Below are positions 35,813-44,543 of a stretch of 64,000 nt of DNA, in pieces. The notes below the pieces were generated by a model. It made no database searches, was not told the origin of the DNA, and worked only from the letters and a program-made list of their open reading frames with translations. This DNA is from Miltoncostaeaceae bacterium. Its GTDB lineage: Bacteria; Actinomycetota; Thermoleophilia; Miltoncostaeales; Miltoncostaeaceae. Within the stretch, counting starts at the first letter, position 1, and each line of letters starts with the position of its first letter. The stretch covers positions 239-64,238 of the forward strand of contig JAWVEV010000098.1 of NCBI GenBank assembly GCA_033856535.1, written 5' to 3'. The position numbers and the translations under genes were made by a program.

Positions 35813-36292
35813 ATGAGCGACCGTCCGCGCACATCGCCGTCCGGAACGCCCAAGCGCCGGCTGCTGCCCGACGAGATGGCGGCCTGGCGCGGGTTCCTGC
35901 GGATCCACGCGGGGCTGATGCGCCAGCTCGACGCCGAGCTCCTCGAGGAGCACGGCCTGCCGCTCTCGCACTACGACGTGCTGCTGCAGCTCGCCGAGGT
36001 CGGCGGCAGCCTGCGCATGTCCGACCTCGCCAACGCCGTGCTGCTCAGCCGCAGCGGGCTCACCCGGCTGGTCGACCAGCTCGAACGTCAGGGGCTGGTG
36101 TCGCGCAAGCGCTCGAGCGCCGACGCGCGCGGGGTCGAGGCCATCCTCACCGAGACCGGGTGGGAGCGGCTGCGCGCCGCCGCCCCCACCCACGTGCGCG
36201 GCGTCCGGCGCCTCTTCCTCGCGCCGCTGGGCGCCGAGCGGCAGGCCGCCCTGGCCGAGGCCTGGGAGACCCTGGACCGCTCCGGGGGCTGA
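35813..36292 (+). CDS. MarR family transcriptional regulator
   Basis: ATG 35813. LSHYDVLLQLAE...MSDLANAVLLSRSGLTRLVDQLERQGLV winged HTH. Confidence 0.88.
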   Translation: MSDRPRTSPSGTPKRRLLPDEMAAWRGFLRIHAGLMRQLDAELLEEHGLPLSHYDVLLQLAEVGGSLRMSDLANAVLLSRSGLTRLVDQLERQGLVSRKRSSADARGVEAILTETGWERLRAAAPTHVRGVRRLFLAPLGAERQAALAEAWETLDRSGG

Positions 36293-36299
36293 CCGGCAC

Positions 36300-36938
36300 T
36301 CAGCCGGCCGTCAGCCCCCGGATGAACTCGGCCGTCACGGCGAGGTCCTCGTGCGTGAGCTCGTGTCCGGCGGCGACCATGCTCGCCCGCACCGCCGCGC
36401 CGGCGCCCTCGAGGGTCTCCACCAGCCCGGCCGTGCTCTCCGGCGAGGAGTAGGAGTCGCGCCGGCCGGCCGCGACCAGCACGTCGGTGCCGGCGAGGTC
36501 CGGGAGCGGATCGGGCACGTACGGGAGCATCGCCCGGAGCAGGACCGCCCCGCGCAGGAGCCCCGGCCGGCGGTAGAGCAGGCCCACCGCGATGTTCGCC
36601 CCGTTGGAGTAGCCGAGGGCGACGATCCGCGAGGGATCGCGGCCGTAGGCCTCCGCCGCCGCGAGCACGAAGTCCCCGAGCTCGTCGGCCCGGAACCGCA
36701 GGTCGTCGAGGTCGAGGTTGCCGACGCCGTGCCGCGCGAAGAAGCGCGGGCTCACCCCGCCCTCGAGCACCTTCCCCCGCGGGCTGAGGAGCGCCGCCTC
36801 GGGCGCCAGCTCGCGCCCGAGGCCGATCAGGTCGTGCTCGTCGCTCCCGGTGCCGTGCAGCAGCAGGAGCGTCCACGGGGACGTCCCCGGCTCGAACCGG
36901 TGGACGAAGCCGAGGTCCGTTTGCTCACTCGCCGCCAT
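36300..36938 (-). CDS. phospholipase/carboxylesterase-family alpha/beta hydrolase (MhqD-like)
   Basis: ATG 36938 behind GGGAGGG. LLLHGTG.DE and nucleophile GYSNGA. Overlaps the upstream dioxygenase stop by 14 nt. Confidence 0.82.
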   Translation of the reverse strand: MAASEQTDLGFVHRFEPGTSPWTLLLLHGTGSDEHDLIGLGRELAPEAALLSPRGKVLEGGVSPRFFARHGVGNLDLDDLRFRADELGDFVLAAAEAYGRDPSRIVALGYSNGANIAVGLLYRRPGLLRGAVLLRAMLPYVPDPLPDLAGTDVLVAAGRRDSYSSPESTAGLVETLEGAGAAVRASMVAAGHELTHEDLAVTAEFIRGLTAG

Positions 36939-37884
36939 CGTCGCCCTCCCGCGCGCCGGCAAGGGCCGCGCGCCGCCAGCGCCGGTGGTCCGGCAGGGGG
37001 GTCAGGATGTCGCGCAGCTGGTCGCGGAGCGCCTCGAAGTTCGGCGGCAGCGACAGGGCCTCCCCCATCGTCTCGGCGGGCTCGTCGGCGGTGAAGCCGG
37101 GGCCCATCGTGGCGATCTCGAACAGCACGCCGCTCGGCTCGCGGAAGTAGATCGAGCGGAAGTAGAAGCGGTCGATCACGGGTGTCGCCCAGGCGCCGGC
37201 CGCGGCCACGCGGCGCTGCCAGTCCTCCTGCTCCTCCATCCGCGACGCCCACGCGACGTGGTGCACCGTGCCGGCGCCGCTGCGGCCCGGGACGGTGGCC
37301 TTGTCGTAGAGGATGCGCCCGCCGCGGATGTCGCCGCGGGCCTCCCAGTGGCCGTCCCCGACCCGCGCGAAGCCGAGCGTGTCCGCGAGCAGCTCGGCGC
37401 TGGCCTCGGGGTCGCGCGTGAGGGCGCGGACGTGGTCGAAGCCCCGCAGGGCGTATTCGTCGGGGACCTCGGCGGCGCGCGCGATCAGGGGCCGGTCGGG
37501 CGTCTCGACGACCGCCAGGTGGTGCTCCAGCCCCTCCGGATCGGCGAAGACCAGGCCGCCGGCCTCGCGGCGCGTCGCCACGCCCTCGTCGCCCAGGCGG
37601 TCGCTCCAGAAGCCGAGCGCGTCCTCGGAGCCGACCCGCCAGCCGATGCGGTGGATCATCCCGGCGCCGGCGCGCCCCGGCGCCGCGCCCGGGTACTCGA
37701 AGAAGGTCAGGTCCGAGCCCGGGCTGCCCTCCTCGTCGGCGTAGAACAGGTGGTAGACGGACGGGTCGTCCTGGTTCACCGTCTTCTTGACCAGCCGCAG
37801 GCCGAGCACGCGCGCGTAGAAGTCCACGTTGCGCGGCGCGTCGCCGGTGATGGCGGAGATGTGGTGGATGCCCTCGAGCTTCAT
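36925..37884 (-). CDS. ring-cleaving (extradiol-type) dioxygenase, VOC family (MhqO-like)
   Basis: 319 aa. GIHHISAITGD, VYHLFY and HHVAW repeated VOC modules. Confidence 0.86.
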   Translation of the reverse strand: MKLEGIHHISAITGDAPRNVDFYARVLGLRLVKKTVNQDDPSVYHLFYADEEGSPGSDLTFFEYPGAAPGRAGAGMIHRIGWRVGSEDALGFWSDRLGDEGVATRREAGGLVFADPEGLEHHLAVVETPDRPLIARAAEVPDEYALRGFDHVRALTRDPEASAELLADTLGFARVGDGHWEARGDIRGGRILYDKATVPGRSGAGTVHHVAWASRMEEQEDWQRRVAAAGAWATPVIDRFYFRSIYFREPSGVLFEIATMGPGFTADEPAETMGEALSLPPNFEALRDQLRDILTPLPDHRRWRRAALAGAREGDDGGE

Positions 37885-37976
37885 GGCCGCTCCTCGATCG
37901 GGGGCCGTCTGTTAGTTGCAGACGCAATGATAGCACCGCCTCGCAACGATCGCTCGGGCTCTCCGCAGGGCGGGCG

Positions 37977-39866
37977 TCAGCGCCGGGCGCGCACCGTGAA
38001 CGGCTTGCCCGGCTTGGCGCGCCCGTTCTCGCGTGCCACCACCCGGAACGTGTAGCGGCCGGGAGTCAGCAGCCGCACCGCCAGGCGCGTCCGGCGGCCG
38101 GTCACCCGCCGGGTGAGCACGGTGGCGTAACGGGTGTTGCGGCGCATCTGCAGGCTGACGCGCTCCCGCGCGAGGGCGCGGCTGAAGGTCACCCGCACCG
38201 CGAGCAGCTCCCCCGCCCGCATCCGGGCACGGGCGCGGATGCCGAACCGCAGCGGCGGCCCCGCGGGAGTCGACGCCGGCTGGCGGGAATCGGTCTGCTC
38301 GGAGCCCGGCGTCGGGCCGGGGTCGGACGGGCGCTTCGGCGGCGGGGGGACGCCCGCCGCCGGCACGACGGCCGCGCTCACCGACGCGCTGGCGCCGCCG
38401 CCGTTGCTGGCCAGGACCCGGCAGGCGATGGACAGGCCGACGTCCGCCGGCGTGGGCGCGTAGGTGGTGCTGGTGGCCCCGGCGATCGGGGCGCCGTCGC
38501 GCAGCCACTGCCAGGTGAGCGAGCTCGCGCCGGCCCAGGCGCCCGGCGAGCACGACAGCACCCCGCCCACGCCGGCGGCACCGGTGACCTGCGGCGGCGC
38601 GACCGCGAGCGGCGGGGTCGCGCCGGCCGGCCCGAGCGCGGTGACCGTGAAGGTCTTCGGCTCGGAGAGCCCGCCGCCGGGCGGCCCGGTGGAGACCGTG
38701 ACCTGAGCCGTGCCCGGCCCGGCGACGTCGGCCGCGTCGATCTGGGCGGTGAGCTCGACCGACGAGACGAAGGCGGTCGGCCGGTCGACGCCGTTCCAGC
38801 GGACGACCGAGCCGGGCTGGAAGCCGGTGCCCCGCACCGTGAGCGAGAAGACGCCGCTTCCGGCGGACGCCGAGTCGGGCGCCAGCGACTGCAGCACCGG
38901 GATCGGGAGCGGCTGGCGCGGCTGCCAGTCGGGCTGGGTCCCGCCGCCGATCGTGATCTGCACCGGCGCGGACCCATCGGCGCCCATGGTCCAGATCTCG
39001 TCGGTCCCGCTGGCGGCGGAGACGTACGCGAGGCGGCTGCCGTCGGGGGACCAGGCCGGGTCGCGGGCGTCGCCGGTCGCGATCACGGCGCGGCCGGTGC
39101 CGTCGGCGTTCATCACCGTGAGGCCGATCTGCGGGTCCTCGAGGCAGGGGCCCGGGCGGAGATAGCAGACGTGCCCCGGGCCCGGCGAGGTGACGAAGGC
39201 CAGCCGGGTGCCGTCGGGCGACCACGAGGGCGAGCGCGTGTCCTGGTCCGCGCGGAAGGCGTAGTCGATGGCCGCGCCCGACGGCGAGGTGACGTGGATC
39301 TGCATCGCGCCGGTCGCGATGGGCGTCTCGTAGGCGATCCAGTCGCCCTTCGGCGCCCAGTCCGGCGAGGAGGCGTTGCCGAGACCGGGGATCGGCGTCG
39401 CCGTCCCGGCCGGCAGGGTGATCGACGAGAGCGGCCGGCAGGCCGGCGGGACGCACGGCGGCGCCGGCAGCGGGTCGACGTAGACCAGCCCGCTGCCGCT
39501 GGGCGACCAGGCCGGCGCTTCACCGGCCCGGAGCGGCTGGGGGGCGCCGCCGGCGTCGCCGAGCGTGTGGATCACGCGCCCGACGACGGTGCCGCGGTCG
39601 AAGACCAGCGAGCGGCCGTCCGGCGCCCAGCGCGGGGACGCGTCGACCTCGGGGCCGACGGTCAGCGGCCGGGGACTCGTGCCGTCGGGCGAGGCCGCCC
39701 AGATGTCCCCCGCCCGCACGAAGGCGATGTCCCCCTGCACGCCGGGGAACGTCGCGACGGCGCGCGCGGGCAGGCCCAGGCACACGGCGAGGAGGGCCAC
39801 GAGGATGGCGGTGAGGGCTCTGACTGCGGGCACGGCGGCACGTCCGGGTCCGGCGGGCAGGGCCAC
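37977..39866 (-). CDS. large secreted protein: TolB-like beta-propeller (PD40 repeats), IPT/Ig-like domains and a basic C-terminal beta module
   Basis: Signal peptide. Repeated SP.WSPDG..LA(F/Y)V motifs. IPT-like FSLTVRGTGF. Ig-like LTWQWLRDGAPIAGATSTTY. Confidence 0.78.
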   Translation of the reverse strand: MALPAGPGRAAVPAVRALTAILVALLAVCLGLPARAVATFPGVQGDIAFVRAGDIWAASPDGTSPRPLTVGPEVDASPRWAPDGRSLVFDRGTVVGRVIHTLGDAGGAPQPLRAGEAPAWSPSGSGLVYVDPLPAPPCVPPACRPLSSITLPAGTATPIPGLGNASSPDWAPKGDWIAYETPIATGAMQIHVTSPSGAAIDYAFRADQDTRSPSWSPDGTRLAFVTSPGPGHVCYLRPGPCLEDPQIGLTVMNADGTGRAVIATGDARDPAWSPDGSRLAYVSAASGTDEIWTMGADGSAPVQITIGGGTQPDWQPRQPLPIPVLQSLAPDSASAGSGVFSLTVRGTGFQPGSVVRWNGVDRPTAFVSSVELTAQIDAADVAGPGTAQVTVSTGPPGGGLSEPKTFTVTALGPAGATPPLAVAPPQVTGAAGVGGVLSCSPGAWAGASSLTWQWLRDGAPIAGATSTTYAPTPADVGLSIACRVLASNGGGASASVSAAVVPAAGVPPPPKRPSDPGPTPGSEQTDSRQPASTPAGPPLRFGIRARARMRAGELLAVRVTFSRALARERVSLQMRRNTRYATVLTRRVTGRRTRLAVRLLTPGRYTFRVVARENGRAKPGKPFTVRARR

Positions 39867-39981
39867 CGTACGTTCGCTCCGCGACGCCCGGCAAGCGCCG
39901 GCGGTGGCGGGGGGTACTGAGTAGGAGCTTCCGCAGAGTTGCGGCCCGTGCGGGCGAAATCGGGCCTGCCATCATGCCCCG

Positions 39982-40791
39982 GTGGCCACCCTCCCCGGCT
40001 TCACCCGGCAGCACCGGGGCGGTTCCGGCTCGCCGCTCGTCGCGCTGCACGGGTTCACCGACACCTGGCGCACCTGGGAGCTCGTGCTCCCGACGCTCGA
40101 GCGCCACCACGACGTGCTCGCCCCCACCCTGCCGGGGCACGCCGGCGGCCCGCCGCTCCCCGAGCCGGTGAGCACGGCCGCCATGGTCGACGCCGTCGAG
40201 CGGGCGATGGACGCGGCCGGCTTCGCGACCGCGCACCTGGTCGGCAACTCGATGGGCGGCTACATCGCCCTGCATCTGGCGGCGCGCGGCAGGGCCCGGT
40301 CGGTGGTCGCCCTCGCTCCGGCCGGCGGCTGGGCCGAGGGCGATACGTCCGACCGCGAGACGCTGGCCCACTTCACCTCCCTGCGCGAGCCGCTGCGGGC
40401 GGCCGCGGCGAACGCCGACGCGATCGTGGCCACGCCCGGGGGCCGCCGGAGGGCGAGCGAGTTCACCGCGGTCCGCTGGGAGCACATCCCGCCGGCGCTG
40501 CTCGCCCACCAGATGCGCGGCGCCGCGGCCTGCGACGCCGTGGGGCCGATGGTCGAGAACGCACTGCGGGAAGGGTGGGCGCTCGATGCCGAGCGCGTGA
40601 CCTGCCCGGTGCGGGTGATCTGGGGCACCGAGGACCGCCTGCTCCCCTGGCCGGGAGCGGCAGCGCGCTACCGGACCGCCTGGCTCCCCCGGGCGGACTG
40701 GGTCGAGTTGGAGGACGTCGGCCACTGCCCCCAGCTCGACGTCCCCCTCGAGACGGCCCACCTCATCCTGGGCGTGACGGCCGGCCGGTGA
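39982..40791 (+). CDS. alpha/beta-fold hydrolase
   Basis: GTG start. LVALHGF and nucleophile GNSMGG, with C-terminal GHCPQLD. Confidence 0.85.
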   Translation: MATLPGFTRQHRGGSGSPLVALHGFTDTWRTWELVLPTLERHHDVLAPTLPGHAGGPPLPEPVSTAAMVDAVERAMDAAGFATAHLVGNSMGGYIALHLAARGRARSVVALAPAGGWAEGDTSDRETLAHFTSLREPLRAAAANADAIVATPGGRRRASEFTAVRWEHIPPALLAHQMRGAAACDAVGPMVENALREGWALDAERVTCPVRVIWGTEDRLLPWPGAAARYRTAWLPRADWVELEDVGHCPQLDVPLETAHLILGVTAGR

Positions 40792-40798
40792 CCCCGGC

Positions 40799-41161
40799 TC
40801 AGGCGGCGCGCGCGGCCACGATGTCCGCCTTCAGCGGCATCAGCCGCGCCCCGATCGCGCCGATCGTGAGCTCGGGCACGCCGAGCCCCTCCAGGGTCGC
40901 GACAAGGTGGCTCACGACCCGGTCGAACGCGTCGGGGGTGACCGCCAGCCGCGCGTGGGCGTCGCGCATGGAGCGGCCGGCATACATCTCAGGCCCGCCG
41001 AGGGCCGCGGCGATGAAGCTGCGCTGGTGGGTCTTGAGGCGCCCGGTGTCGACCCCCTCGAAGTACGGGGCGAGCGTCGCGTCTCCGAGCACCCGCTCGT
41101 AGAAGTCGTCCACCGCGGCCGCCACCGCCGCCGCCCCGCCGATCTCGTCGTAGATGGCCAT
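40799..41161 (-). CDS. glbN: group I truncated haemoglobin
   Basis: ATG 41161 behind GGGGAGG. IYDEIGG...AVDDFYERVLGD..LAPYF...LKTHQRSFI...GRSMRDAH. Confidence 0.88.
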   Translation of the reverse strand: MAIYDEIGGAAAVAAAVDDFYERVLGDATLAPYFEGVDTGRLKTHQRSFIAAALGGPEMYAGRSMRDAHARLAVTPDAFDRVVSHLVATLEGLGVPELTIGAIGARLMPLKADIVAARAA

Positions 41162-41254
41162 CGCGCCTCCCCGTCGAGGTGGGTGACGCGCCGGACCGGC
41201 TCCGGCGCAGCTCGACCGTAGATCCCGACCCATCGCGGATGGCATGTCCCAGCC

Positions 41255-42118
41255 CTACGAGATCGGGCCTTCGCGTTTGTGATCCGCGCGCGCGAACGCG
41301 GCGGCGTACACCAGATAGGCGTAGGGATCCTCGATCGTCCAGACCCAGGGCGCGGACCGGCGGAGCGACGCCGGCGCGAGGTCGGGCAGCGCGGCCATGT
41401 CGGCCAGGACGTCGCGCGGGCGGGTGCCGGCGAAGTAGTCGCCGACGGCGCAGCACTCGGCGAGCACGGCGCCGGGCCGGCGGGCCTCCGGGCCGCAGAG
41501 GGCCCCCGTCTGGGCGCTCGACACCAGGTCGGTGACGAGGATCGCGCGCGCGCCCGGCGCGAGGAGCCGCCGCATCAGCGTCAGATGACGCCGGCGCACG
41601 CAGCCGGCCGCGCCCCCCGGCGCCGGGTCGCTCGCGATCAGCTGGGTGAGGAGCGTCGCCGAGAGCACGACGGAGGCCGCCCGCCCGGCGTCCCCGAGGA
41701 CCCGCCGGGCGGTCGCGCCGTCGGCGACGCCCAGGTCGAGCGCGTGCCGGCTCAGCCGCGCCCGCGCCCCCCGCCCCAGCGGGCGCGCCGCCCGCGCCAT
41801 GGCCGCGGCGTCGATGTCGACCAGCGTCACGGCCGCGAAGGCCTCCGACAACTCGGTCAGGTCGACGTCGTTGCAGTTGCCGGCGCCCAGGATCACCAGA
41901 TGCTCCCGGCCAGCGGCGGCCGCGGCCGCGCGGAGCAGGCCCATCACGCGCTCCCGGTGGGGCCGGTACGCCTCCCCGAGGCCGGCGGTCAGGGCGTTCA
42001 GGGTCGCGTTCAGCTCGATCTCGGCGTGGAGCGCGGCCCGTCCGCGGCCGCGCCGCAGGAGCCGGGCCCCGCCGAGGGCCGGCCGGGCCCGGGGGCCGAG
42101 CCGGACCGTGGCCACCAT
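41255..42118 (-). CDS. hypothetical Rossmann/SAM-methyltransferase-like protein
   Basis: The ATG overlaps the upstream TGA by 1 nt. HLVILGAGNCNDVDL and VTLVDID resemble methyltransferase motifs I/II. Otherwise unrecognised. Confidence 0.6.
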   Translation of the reverse strand: MVATVRLGPRARPALGGARLLRRGRGRAALHAEIELNATLNALTAGLGEAYRPHRERVMGLLRAAAAAAGREHLVILGAGNCNDVDLTELSEAFAAVTLVDIDAAAMARAARPLGRGARARLSRHALDLGVADGATARRVLGDAGRAASVVLSATLLTQLIASDPAPGGAAGCVRRRHLTLMRRLLAPGARAILVTDLVSSAQTGALCGPEARRPGAVLAECCAVGDYFAGTRPRDVLADMAALPDLAPASLRRSAPWVWTIEDPYAYLVYAAAFARADHKREGPIS

Positions 42119-42492
42119 CAGCCCATCTCGACGGCGTAGGAGGACGGATTCCCGGTGCCGAGGTTGTCGACCTGCGCGCGGATGGTCCCCGTCAGTTGGA
42201 GCACCTTCACGTGGACGCTGGTGTCCGAGTACTGCCATGCGCCCCAGGTCGCCCCGTCCGAGGCGCGGCGCAGCTGGAACCGGTAGGGCACGCCCGAGCT
42301 CCCGAGCGCGCGGACCTGCTCGTAGCCGGGGTTGGTGTAGCTCAGGCAGGTGACGTAGCCGACGGACGCGTTGACCGAGCAGGTCACGCTCGAGGCCGCC
42401 AGCGCCTGCACGGCGGCGCCGGCCGTGCCGGCGACGACGGCCACGATCGCGAGGCGGGTCGCGTACCGGCGCCGGGAATTCTGGATGCTCAT
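42118..42492 (-). CDS. small exported protein with a twin-arginine-type signal
   Basis: The ATG forms an ATGA overlap with the upstream gene. SRRRYATRLAIVAVVAGTAGAAVQALA signal. Beta-rich mature part with two Cys. Confidence 0.65.
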   Translation of the reverse strand: MSIQNSRRRYATRLAIVAVVAGTAGAAVQALAASSVTCSVNASVGYVTCLSYTNPGYEQVRALGSSGVPYRFQLRRASDGATWGAWQYSDTSVHVKVLQLTGTIRAQVDNLGTGNPSSYAVEMG

Positions 42493-43097
42493 GGGCGCTC
42501 CGGACATGGTGGGTGGTTGGCGGGGGTCGCCTGCGCGACCTGACAGGGAACGAGGCGCGGCGCGTCGACGCGCAGGCCGTCGGCGACGCGCGGCGGGACG
42601 CCGTGCAGCGCGGCCATCGCGTCGCGCACGCGCCCGGGGGGCCAGCCGTCGGGCACGGCGACGCTCGGCGCGCGGATGCGGCGGTCCCGGTCGTAGCCCC
42701 ACGGCGCGGTGAGCGAGAGCCGGAGGCCCCTCCCAGCGCCGGCCGGTCGCACCAGGATGACCTCGGAGGGCAGGGGCGGCTGGATGACGGCGCCGGCGGG
42801 GACCTCGCCGCGCCCGAGGGCGGCGAGCAGGACGGCCTCGAGCGCGTCGCGGTACCCCACCCCGGCGGGGAACCGGACCGAGCCGCGCGGGTCGGCCTCG
42901 TCGATCGTCGGCGTCCCCTCGGGCATGAGCCACGGCACGCCGGCGAGCGGGGAGCCGACCGGCGGGCCGGGCGGCGGGGCCGCCGGCCCGTCCGGCCCGC
43001 CGTCGACGGCCTCACCCGCCGCGACGCCACACACCAGTGCCCCCACCGCCACCAGCCCCACCACCCCGTTCCGCCGCCAGGACGAGCCCGGTCCCAT
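42489..43097 (-). CDS. membrane-anchored protein, paralog of the anti-sigma extracytoplasmic domain
   Basis: ATG 43097 behind GGGAGG. Signal-anchor helix, then PWLMPEGTPTIDE...FPAGVGY...GAGRGLRLSLTAPWGYD...PRLVPCQV, colinear with gene 43719-44465. Confidence 0.7.
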   Translation of the reverse strand: MGPGSSWRRNGVVGLVAVGALVCGVAAGEAVDGGPDGPAAPPPGPPVGSPLAGVPWLMPEGTPTIDEADPRGSVRFPAGVGYRDALEAVLLAALGRGEVPAGAVIQPPLPSEVILVRPAGAGRGLRLSLTAPWGYDRDRRIRAPSVAVPDGWPPGRVRDAMAALHGVPPRVADGLRVDAPRLVPCQVAQATPANHPPCPERP

Positions 43098-43201
43098 GCC
43101 GCCTCCCTCGGTCTGTGACCTGACGTACCGGCGGAGGCGGCCGATTTGTCCCGGTGCCGAGAAATCTCGGAATCCTTTGGACTTCGTGCGACATTTGCGC
43201 C

Positions 43202-43726
43202 GTGCTGAGCTCAAACGACGGGCAGCTGGCCCGGGCCGCGCGTTCCGGGTCCGCGCGCGCGGCCGACGAGCTCGCCCGGCGGCACGCCCCGACGGCCTGG
43301 AAGGTCGCCTACCGCCTCACCGGCTCGCGGGACCTGGCCGACGAGGTCTCCCAGGAGGCCTTCGGCCGCGCGTTCCGCGGCCTCGGGGGCTTCGACGTGC
43401 GCCGGCCGTTCGGGCCCTGGCTGAACGCGATCATCGTCAACTGCGCGCGCGACGCGCTGTCACGCCAGAGGTTCACCGTGGACGTCGACATCAACCTGCT
43501 GCCGGCGCCGGACGCCGGCCGCGAGACCGCGCTCGACCTGAGCCGGGCGCTCGCGGCGCTCTCGCCCGAGCGTCAGACGATCGTGGTGAGCCACCTCGCC
43601 GGATACAGCGTGAAGCAGATCGCCGAGTCCCTCGACGTGCCCATGGGGACCGCCCAGTCGCGGCTCGCCCGCGCGCTCGCCGAGCTTCGGAGCACCCTGC
43701 AGACGGAGGACGTGGACCATGTCTGA
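43202..43726 (+). CDS. ECF-type RNA polymerase sigma-70 family factor
   Basis: Region 2 (DLADEVSQEAFGRAF...PWLNAIIVNCARD) and region 4 (LSPERQTIVVSHLAGYSVKQIAESLDVPMGTAQSRLARA). GTG 43202 preferred over ATG 43154, which lies in AT-richer promoter-like sequence. Confidence 0.85.
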   Translation: MLSSNDGQLARAARSGSARAADELARRHAPTAWKVAYRLTGSRDLADEVSQEAFGRAFRGLGGFDVRRPFGPWLNAIIVNCARDALSRQRFTVDVDINLLPAPDAGRETALDLSRALAALSPERQTIVVSHLAGYSVKQIAESLDVPMGTAQSRLARALAELRSTLQTEDVDHV

Positions 43727-44465
43727 CCTCGAGCTCCAGAGCTGGTTCGACGACGTCGCCGTGCCGGAGGGCACGGTCGACATGCTCGCGTCCGTGGCGC
43801 GCGAGGCCGTCCGGCCGTTCGTCCGCGCCCGCCGGCGCCGCCGGGCGATGGTCGCCGCCGTGGCCACGGCCCTCGCCGCGGCCACCGCGGCGGTCGCCTA
43901 CGAGCTGCTCGACGACGACGGCCTCTCGGTGCCGGCCGGCCCGCCGCCGGCCCGGGTCGCACGCCTCGAGTCCCCGCTCCTGTCCAAGCTGCCGTGGCTC
44001 TTCCAGCCCTCGGGCGCGCCGCGGATCGACGAGGTCCCCGAGCAGCCCTCGCTCGCCTTCCCGGCCGGGACGAGCTACGGCGAGGCCGTGACCCGCCTCT
44101 TCGAGACGGTGACCGGCGAGGGCGCCCTGCCCGAGGAGGCGACGCTGGAGCGGGCGCTGCCGGTCGGGGTGGTGGCGGAGCTCGGCGGCGCGGGCCGGGG
44201 CATCCGAATCGACCTCCGCGCCCCGTGGGGCTACGACCTCCCCGCCGGCCGGATCAGCGCCCCCGGGTTCATCGTCGACCCCGGCGTCCCGGCGGAGCAG
44301 ATCCGGAAGGTTCTCGCCGGCCTTCAGTCCGGGGCGCTCCCGGTCGGGCGGCTGCCGAAGGGGATCCGGGTGGAGGTCCCGCGGCTGGCGGCCTGCCAGG
44401 TGATGCGCCCGGGCGTCGCGCGGACCCCGTGCCGCCTCGAGCGCGGAGGTGGCGCCGCGCCCTGA
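43719..44465 (+). CDS. putative anti-sigma factor (single-pass, unknown extracytoplasmic domain)
   Basis: 8-nt overlap with the sigma gene. Short cytoplasmic N-terminus, RARRRRR plus a TM helix, and a C-terminal domain with the GAGRGIRIDLRAPWGYD motif. No zinc-ASD HxxxCxxC. Confidence 0.65.
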   Translation: MSDLELQSWFDDVAVPEGTVDMLASVAREAVRPFVRARRRRRAMVAAVATALAAATAAVAYELLDDDGLSVPAGPPPARVARLESPLLSKLPWLFQPSGAPRIDEVPEQPSLAFPAGTSYGEAVTRLFETVTGEGALPEEATLERALPVGVVAELGGAGRGIRIDLRAPWGYDLPAGRISAPGFIVDPGVPAEQIRKVLAGLQSGALPVGRLPKGIRVEVPRLAACQVMRPGVARTPCRLERGGGAAP

Positions 44466-44543
44466 TCCCGGTCCGCCCGCATGCCCGTCGCCGTGCGTCC
44501 GCGGGCTGTGAGAAAGTCCGCCGGGCCCGGACCAGGAGGCGAC

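Noticed and set aside
43169-43194. An ECF-type autoregulatory promoter (GGAAT ... CGT/GTT) upstream of the sigma gene, and a GGGAC...CGTC candidate on the opposite strand.
   Set aside because: Spacings between the -35-like and -10-like elements (about 11, 15 or 22 nt) do not fit the usual 16-18 nt. I cannot support a specific promoter call without TSS data.
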